A stretch of DNA of 50,518 bases, taken from a virus (taxonomy: Duplodnaviria; Caudoviricetes). Position numbers and translations under genes: made by a program. The stretch covers positions 1-50,518 of IMG/VR virus record IMGVR_UViG_3300012683_000004; one strand, 5' to 3'. Position 1 is the first letter of the stretch; every line of letters starts with the position of its first letter. This document shows positions 44,254-50,518 of the stretch, in pieces. The notes under the pieces are model-generated. The model was not told the DNA's origin and searched no databases. It worked only from the letters and a program-made list of their open reading frames with translations.

Positions 44254-45462
44254 ATGACAGTACCGATTATTCCGGGGCCGTTCTCCTTTCTGGCTACTGC
44301 CGGCCAGCAGTTCAAGGAGTTTGGAGAGACTGTGCAGGAGCACAGGAAGTTCGCGCAGGAGCAAGCGAGAAAGGGAATAGAGCATCTCGAGAACCTAGTT
44401 CAGCTAGGGATATTTCCTGCCGAGGCGCTGTCGTCTAAGGAGGCCATGCACCTCTACAAGATCGCAGGCATCGGGATGGCGCCTGGGGCTCAAGCGATAC
44501 CTCAACTCGCGGCAGCGAAGAATAGGATCACTAGCCAGGAGCTGAGTCGCGTTCAGCCTGGCACTCCACAAGCTGCAGCTGTGGCGCAGATACCGACTCC
44601 GAAGCAGGCGCAGGCAGTTGAGGGAAAAGCGGCTGCGGATGTGGCAACTCAGGCGAACGTGCAGAAGCGAGCTGAGACTGCTGGCGCAGCCGGGGCTCCA
44701 CAAGCGGAAGGAACGGCAGAAGCAGCTGAAGCGCAACAGAAGTTAGCAGAGACGGAACTGCAGAACCAGGTAACGGAGGGAGCGAAGCGGCTGATCGGTG
44801 ACAGCCCGGAGTCGGCTAGGCTGGCAGAGGAAGCGGCGCTAGGGATCCTGCCCTATCGCATTCACAAGCTTCTAGCGGATCGACAGTATCTAGGTATCGA
44901 GCGACAGGTCATGGCTGACAATGCCAGACTCATGCTCGCAGGCCTGAACAACATCACCAAGGCCTATCACGACGCTGTTGGGGCGCACGAAGTCAGACGT
45001 CGCGCTGACATGTTCGCAGCGAGCTTAGACCCGACGGATCAGGACCAGATCGACAAGTGGGAGAAGCTGAACCCTGCTCCCACGTACGACCAGATCGCGG
45101 AAGACTACATCAAGGCGAACTTCGGCATGACGAAGGAGGAGTTCCAGCGCAAGCTGAAGGAAGGCCTGACAGGGTCAGTACGAGAGAAGATTACCATAAA
45201 GGGCGGCCCGGCTGTGAAGTCAGAAACTCCCGTATCGCCACCAGCCGTGGATCCTCAGGAGCAGAAGATTGGCGGCGCGATACAGATAGTATCTGGCGCT
45301 CAGGACATGGCAGCCGTAGCCGGGCAGCTAGCTGACGCGTACAAGCGCGGTCTGTTCTCCGACGTTGAGATCGGTTTCATTAAGGCTCAGTTGAAGAAGA
45401 AGTTAACTGCTGTGCAGTACGAGCAGTTCGAGAACGCGTTCGGCATCGGACAGATGAAATGA
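44254..45462 (+). CDS. Internal virion (ejection) protein 2
   Basis: Ala/Gln-rich helical; synteny. Confidence 0.65.
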   Translation: MTVPIIPGPFSFLATAGQQFKEFGETVQEHRKFAQEQARKGIEHLENLVQLGIFPAEALSSKEAMHLYKIAGIGMAPGAQAIPQLAAAKNRITSQELSRVQPGTPQAAAVAQIPTPKQAQAVEGKAAADVATQANVQKRAETAGAAGAPQAEGTAEAAEAQQKLAETELQNQVTEGAKRLIGDSPESARLAEEAALGILPYRIHKLLADRQYLGIERQVMADNARLMLAGLNNITKAYHDAVGAHEVRRRADMFAASLDPTDQDQIDKWEKLNPAPTYDQIAEDYIKANFGMTKEEFQRKLKEGLTGSVREKITIKGGPAVKSETPVSPPAVDPQEQKIGGAIQIVSGAQDMAAVAGQLADAYKRGLFSDVEIGFIKAQLKKKLTAVQYEQFENAFGIGQMK

Positions 45463-48400
45463 GCAACGGAAAACAGAATCCCTTCGACGCTCTGGCAGAG
45501 CAGGGGAAGACACCTGTAACGGCAGAGCAGCACGTCGCTGAGCAAGGCGGCAACCCATTTGACGAGTTAGCGCATAAGACGTCGCCCAATCCCTTTGATT
45601 CGCTCGTGTCACCGCCAGAGTCGTTGAGTAGACGGGTAGCAGCAGGAGAGTCGGTGCCGCCAAGGAGCTTTGCGGAGCAGCATCCGCTCATCCAGAATCT
45701 GCTCGTCAGGCCCTTCCAAGGCGTCGCTGAGGGTGTCTATACGTTCCTTCGCGACATGACAGATCGCTCAGTGCGGGCACAGTTCGAGGGCATCCCTACT
45801 GGCGCGACGCAGCCTAAGGGCCCGATAGACATGACGAAGCCGATCAGAACTCCCGACTACTACGAGTCGTACGGGGAGTTCCTAAACAGGCGCGCTAGCG
45901 AAGGGGACATGGAGTCGAGAGAGAAACTCAATCTCTCTCTTGAAGGCGCAGCGTTCATGGGATCGTTCCTTGGCGCATCGGCGCTGAAGCTGATCCCAGG
46001 CGCGCCGCGAGTGATGGGCCGAGCAGCGTCGTTCCTGACAGGCGAGTTCCTAGGCGGGAATATCTACGGCGCCATCCGCCCTCTTCAGCCTGGTGAGTCT
46101 CGGCCTGCGGCGATACTGAGCGATGGCGCTACCTTTGCCGTTGCCGGCGGTGTCATACAGGGCTCAGCGTGGGCGTTCAAGCGTTACATCATGGCGCTAC
46201 CGCGTGCGCGCAGAATTGCGGCGTTGCGCTACGCAAAGGGCGAGTTCGATAAGCTCAATGAGAACTTGGCTCCACACGGCACCAGTCTCGAATCTCTGCC
46301 ACCGGATAAGATCGAACCTATCGAGGCAACAATCCTCGGTCAGGCTATCCATGAGGCAGAGCCAGGGGCTATCAATCTCGATGAGATCGTACGGGCTGAG
46401 ACTGACAGGGCAATTGAGCCGACTCCACGGCTAGAGGCGGAGCGCGGTGCGCTCGTCGATGAGCCGTCCCCTGGAGAGAGGGCGCTGAAGCTGCCAGAAG
46501 TGTCGTTCCGTGAGGCGCTCCAGCAGGTCGAGCCGCTACGGGGGCCGCAGAAGGTCGAGCCAGTAGTTCCTCCCAAGGGCTTCCAGGCTGGGGCGCCGTC
46601 CGAGGGGCAGCCAACGCTGGAGACGACACAGGACAGGATCAAGGAGACTGCAGAGCAGGCCTTCACCGTAGGCGAGCCGCGCAAGGTGACACTCCCCGAA
46701 CCTCCAGTGAAGGGCCTAGAGCCTACGGAGATCGGAGCAGAGGCGAAAGGCGTTCCCGGCGACATCGCAGAGCTGGCCCTCACTGATGCTGCGGTGGACG
46801 ACGCAGTCGAAAGGATAGACCCACTTGACGTATCATCTCCAGAGGTGCGCGGGGACGCGACGCTTACACAGCTGCTTGTTGGAGATCCTGTCGAGCCAGG
46901 TCGCGGGTCTGAAGTTGTCCGCAAGGCGCTCGACCGTGCGCTTACGCGTGAAGGATCGGCGGCAGAGGAGAGCGTGGTTCTGGACCTATCACATCCTCAG
47001 CCTTGGGAGGTTGATCTAGGAAAGAAGAAGTCTGCAAAAGAGATTGAGCAAGTCAGGAAGGGCCTCAAGTCGGCGCTGGCGCGGGAGCGGGCACCTATCG
47101 AAGTCCAGCCGCATGAGCAGGTTGGCGCACCCTGGAACGATCCCCCAGACGTTGCCGAGTCGCTAGTGAACCCGATGAAGATGGACGGCTTCCAGATTGG
47201 CGCGTACCTGGACGATAAGGAACTAGAGGAACTCACAAAGAAGATCAAGAGTCAAGCGGGTCACGTATCAGGGCGTCTGCTACTCGGCGTCGGCGGCGCA
47301 GGGCTCGACTGGCTGTCGTTCGATGAGAACCTGCCGCCGTCCGCGCGAGCTGGCCTATTCGCAGTCGGCACCTTCATGCTCGCTGGAGCAGCCTCTCCAA
47401 GAATCGCAGAGTGGATGAAGAACACGAACTTCACCAAGAAGCTCATCGCACTCTACAATCCTACGAAGATGATGTCCGATCCGCATAGTGTCGAAGCGTT
47501 CAGGCAATACGTAGACGCAATGACGTACTCGCGAACATTAGCCAAGACCCACGGCGACATGCTAGCGAAGACCTTCCCCGACGCCGCTTCGCAACGAGCA
47601 GCGATGTTCGTAGTCGAGGAGGGCGCGCAGGCGCCAGAGTGGGCCATACTGAGACCAGATCAGCAGCAGGCTGCGCTGGCGCTAAACCAGATGAACCTTC
47701 GACTCGGCGTCCTACTGAAACAGAACGGGGTGCTAGACGAGTACATAGAGAACTATATCACTCACCGGCTACCTCCCGAATCGTTTCAGCGGTGGAAGGT
47801 TAACGGCTTCCGTACCTTCCCGACGGGTGGGCCACTGACTCAGCGGCGAAAGATTCTGGGCCTTCGAGAGCTCGAGCAGTGGACTCAGTCGAACGGCCTA
47901 GAGGGACCGATCTTCGACTTGCCCAAGGTTCAAGGATCGCATATCGCTGAAGCCTACAAGGCCATTGGAGCGGCACGGCTTCGCGGAGCACTAGAGCGGA
48001 TAGGGATGATAACTGATGCTCCCACGACCGGCATGACAGTCATCCCTGATAATTGGCGTCAGATCCGTATCGCTAACATGGGGAAGAAGATCGCGCCAAA
48101 CGAAGTCGCTCAGGCCCTTGAGAACATCTCCAACCCTGCGTTGTCCGATCGAGAGTGGGTCAACTCGCTCGACACCGCCAAGGGGTTGTGGATGCGAGGC
48201 GTCATGTTCTGGTTCTGGGAGCATGGGCTGAACGTACTACGGAGCCTACCGGCGGTAGCTACCAATCCCTTCGGCTACGGCGAGGCGCTGCGAGCTATTA
48301 AGGCCAACGATCCTGGTATCATGGAAGCAGCGAAGCACGGGCTGGATCTATTCAGTCGTCCCGACTTCGGCGTGCGAGCACATGAAGGATGGCAGAGAAC

Positions 48401-49517
48401 ACTAGGGCGGATTGGCTACAAAGACGCTCGTCCCCTTAGCGGCCTTGCGGCAAGGATGGATCGGCTACAGGAGATTCAGGACAAGATCCTGTGGGACAAG
48501 ATCGTCCCATCTCTCCAGTACTTTGCCTACTCCACGAAGATGCACGAGTGGGCTGAGGCAACGAAGGGAGTGCACCTTCCCGGCTCCATCGAGTACAAGA
48601 CCGCGGCTAGAAAAGCGGCCGATTTCGGAAACTTAGTGGCTGGTCGCATCCCACAGGAGTTAGTCGATCCGACGCTAGCACGACGTCTGCGACTCATCTT
48701 ATTCAGCCCACAGTGGACAGCAAGTCGGATCGCGCTCACGGCTAACGCTGCAGGCGAGCTAGGTGAGATCGCATCTGGTCGGCTGAACCACAGAGACGCA
48801 ATGTATCTGCCGTTCAAGATGCGGCAGCTACTCTGGGGCGCAGCTATCACGTACGTAGGCAGTAAGATCCTGTCAGGGAAGGAACCCGAGTTCAATCCGA
48901 ACACGTCTAAGTTCTACATGAGAACTGGGCTCCACGGAGCGAATGGTAAGGAGGTCGGCCTCGACATGCTGGGCTGGTGGCAGACAGACCTCCAGGTTCT
49001 CAACCACCCCCTCAACTTCATCGCCAACAGGCTGAATCCAGCCATCAAGACCGGCTACGAGACAGTCTCTGGCCGAGACAGCTTTGGCCGCTCGATGTCG
49101 CCTAGTCAGAACATCGCCAATATCTTCTCAAGCCTAGGACCTCTCCCCGAGGCGTTCAGCATGGCAGCGCGGGTGTTACGTCCAGGGCCGAAGATCAGCA
49201 AGGGCGAGATGCTACAGGCTGGGAGTCGGCTGCTAGCCACTGGCAATGTGGCTTCACTGCCCAGGCCGATGGACGTGGTTATAGACAGGATGGCGCGTAA
49301 GCTGCTACGTGGCCAGAAGCTCCCTCAGAACGATGAGAACGTGTTCGATCTGAGCCGTATCCTGCGAAGCAACCTCCTGAATGGCAAGGAGCTGTTCGAC
49401 AACAGGGTAATTACGCTACTGGCATATAAGAAGCGCGGCTTTCGTGCCTCTCAGCCCGGCGCAGCCGCACTCGAGTCGCTCTGGCAGACCACTCGCAGGG
49501 CCTTCGCGGAGTACTAA
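45459..49517 (+). CDS. Large internal virion (ejection) protein
   Basis: 1352 aa; N-terminal NPFD.L repeats x3; NYI.H and F.P.W motifs; last structural gene. Confidence 0.7.
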   Translation: MSNGKQNPFDALAEQGKTPVTAEQHVAEQGGNPFDELAHKTSPNPFDSLVSPPESLSRRVAAGESVPPRSFAEQHPLIQNLLVRPFQGVAEGVYTFLRDMTDRSVRAQFEGIPTGATQPKGPIDMTKPIRTPDYYESYGEFLNRRASEGDMESREKLNLSLEGAAFMGSFLGASALKLIPGAPRVMGRAASFLTGEFLGGNIYGAIRPLQPGESRPAAILSDGATFAVAGGVIQGSAWAFKRYIMALPRARRIAALRYAKGEFDKLNENLAPHGTSLESLPPDKIEPIEATILGQAIHEAEPGAINLDEIVRAETDRAIEPTPRLEAERGALVDEPSPGERALKLPEVSFREALQQVEPLRGPQKVEPVVPPKGFQAGAPSEGQPTLETTQDRIKETAEQAFTVGEPRKVTLPEPPVKGLEPTEIGAEAKGVPGDIAELALTDAAVDDAVERIDPLDVSSPEVRGDATLTQLLVGDPVEPGRGSEVVRKALDRALTREGSAAEESVVLDLSHPQPWEVDLGKKKSAKEIEQVRKGLKSALARERAPIEVQPHEQVGAPWNDPPDVAESLVNPMKMDGFQIGAYLDDKELEELTKKIKSQAGHVSGRLLLGVGGAGLDWLSFDENLPPSARAGLFAVGTFMLAGAASPRIAEWMKNTNFTKKLIALYNPTKMMSDPHSVEAFRQYVDAMTYSRTLAKTHGDMLAKTFPDAASQRAAMFVVEEGAQAPEWAILRPDQQQAALALNQMNLRLGVLLKQNGVLDEYIENYITHRLPPESFQRWKVNGFRTFPTGGPLTQRRKILGLRELEQWTQSNGLEGPIFDLPKVQGSHIAEAYKAIGAARLRGALERIGMITDAPTTGMTVIPDNWRQIRIANMGKKIAPNEVAQALENISNPALSDREWVNSLDTAKGLWMRGVMFWFWEHGLNVLRSLPAVATNPFGYGEALRAIKANDPGIMEAAKHGLDLFSRPDFGVRAHEGWQRTLGRIGYKDARPLSGLAARMDRLQEIQDKILWDKIVPSLQYFAYSTKMHEWAEATKGVHLPGSIEYKTAARKAADFGNLVAGRIPQELVDPTLARRLRLILFSPQWTASRIALTANAAGELGEIASGRLNHRDAMYLPFKMRQLLWGAAITYVGSKILSGKEPEFNPNTSKFYMRTGLHGANGKEVGLDMLGWWQTDLQVLNHPLNFIANRLNPAIKTGYETVSGRDSFGRSMSPSQNIANIFSSLGPLPEAFSMAARVLRPGPKISKGEMLQAGSRLLATGNVASLPRPMDVVIDRMARKLLRGQKLPQNDENVFDLSRILRSNLLNGKELFDNRVITLLAYKKRGFRASQPGAAALESLWQTTRRAFAEY

Positions 49518-50518
49518 TGCCGAAAGTAGTCATCGTCACTAACGACTGGTCAGGTCTGGGCCTCGGACTGCTGATGATCTATCAGGGTTCGGACGTCGTC
49601 TTCGCGTTCGACATGAAGGATGTTGAGCCAAAGGACCGCGAAGCGATGGAGACTCTCGGTAACGGCTTGGTGAAGAAAATGCCTCTTGCAGAGGCGACCC
49701 GTCAGTTGCTGATGCAAAAGACACTGTGGGTGTTTGACAGCAACAACCTCTCCAAGACTGCGGATAAGCTCCGGGAGGCCGGAGAGCTGGTAATCGGAAC
49801 GTCTGCGATATCCGAGAAGCTCGAGAATGACAGGGACTATGCAGCGGGCATAGCAGAGGCGGTAGGTCTCAAACTCCCCGAGACCGAGAAGTTCACAGAC
49901 TACCCTGCGGCGCTCAAGTTCCTGGAGCGCAATCGCAACAAGGCTTACGTCTACAAGCCCTACAAGTCTGACCCGACAGCTACTTTCGTACCACAAGAAG
50001 CCAACGATCCCAAGCTTGCGAACGAAGAGCTTCGCGAATACATCGGCGGACTGACGGCTAAAGGCAAGCCTCAGTTCATCCTCCAGCGCATGGTAGAAGG
50101 TATCGAAGTTGACTTCGACCTTTGGCTTAGAGACGGTAAGCCGAAGATGGCCTTTTGCGACCTGGAGTCCAAACGCAAACTCACTGGTGATCTGGGAGAG
50201 AATATCGGCTGTGCTGGGGGAGTAGTTTTCAGAGTGCCACTCACGTGCCCAGGCATAGTGGACACCGTCGGGAAGTATCTGAAATGGAAGGATCTCGCGC
50301 ACTACACGGGCTCAGTAGATGTGAACGTGATGTACACGAGCGAGGGTATCCTATTTCTCGAGAACTGCTTTCGCTTTGGGTACAACGCGTATCCAGCCAT
50401 CTTCCAGTCGCTAGCCACGGACAAGGCAGAGCGTATCTTGCGCGACTGGGTAGCCGGCAGGACTACCATCTGGCATGACTTCTCCGATAAATACGCAGCT
50501 TCGTTAACGCTAGTTAGC
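49517..50518 (+). CDS. PurD/GARS-like ATP-grasp ligase, 5' part (continues across the join to 456; about 444 aa in total)
   Basis: Hand-translated from ATG 49517 (TAATG overlap with the upstream stop): MPKVVIVTND...EKLENDRDYA...YVYKP...FILQRMVEGIE...DLESKRKLTGDLGENIGCAG...LENCFRFGYN. These parallel the PurD motifs LEGSK, DHKR..GD.GPNTGGMG and EFN.RFGDPE. Confidence 0.85.
   Translation, partial: MPKVVIVTNDWSGLGLGLLMIYQGSDVVFAFDMKDVEPKDREAMETLGNGLVKKMPLAEATRQLLMQKTLWVFDSNNLSKTADKLREAGELVIGTSAISEKLENDRDYAAGIAEAVGLKLPETEKFTDYPAALKFLERNRNKAYVYKPYKSDPTATFVPQEANDPKLANEELREYIGGLTAKGKPQFILQRMVEGIEVDFDLWLRDGKPKMAFCDLESKRKLTGDLGENIGCAGGVVFRVPLTCPGIVDTVGKYLKWKDLAHYTGSVDVNVMYTSEGILFLENCFRFGYNAYPAIFQSLATDKAERILRDWVAGRTTIWHDFSDKYAASLTLVS
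50396..50518. repeat. Terminal direct repeat (copy of 1-123)
   Basis: Exact match to the window start. Confidence 0.95.

Noticed and set aside
492-49517. Stop-codon reassignment suggested by frequent CTAG/TAG
   Set aside because: Long genes are intact under code 11 and several end properly in TAG.
49550-50302. 250-aa minus-strand ORF
   Set aside because: Antisense shadow of the PurD-like gene, which has real motifs.

Overview
The window is an apparently complete, circularly assembled dsDNA tailed-phage genome of about 50,395 bp: bases 1-123 are repeated exactly at 50396-50518. It has two divergent arms separated by a repeat-rich non-coding switch region (about 19850-21450). The minus-strand arm (about 490-20630) holds early and replication genes: a UDG-fused family A DNA polymerase, a DUF3987 P-loop protein, a ParB-methyltransferase fusion, DUF669 SSB-like, AAA_24/Sak4-like and PD-(D/E)XK recombination proteins, a RelE-domain protein, an A1S_2505/macrodomain-like protein and many small ORFs. 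The plus-strand arm (21458 to 456, across the join) is a podovirus-like morphogenesis module: terminase, portal, scaffold, major capsid protein, adaptor, nozzle, endolysin and internal virion proteins, with no tape measure seen. It ends in a PurD-like ATP-grasp ligase that the ORF track split. I recognised no integrase or repressor. Best novelty candidates: (1) a duplicated cassette of a tiny acidic Pro-rich M[RK]LGE peptide coupled to a putative ADP-ribosyltransferase-fold protein; (2) one copy of that protein starts with a protein-level mimic of the phage's own capsid N-terminus; (3) two clusters of non-canonical tRNA-like RNAs; (4) eight CTNGTAC-N6-GTACNAG palindromes across the genome; (5) a PhoD-like phosphatase on a tail protein. 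All family assignments come from reading motifs by eye, not from database searches.
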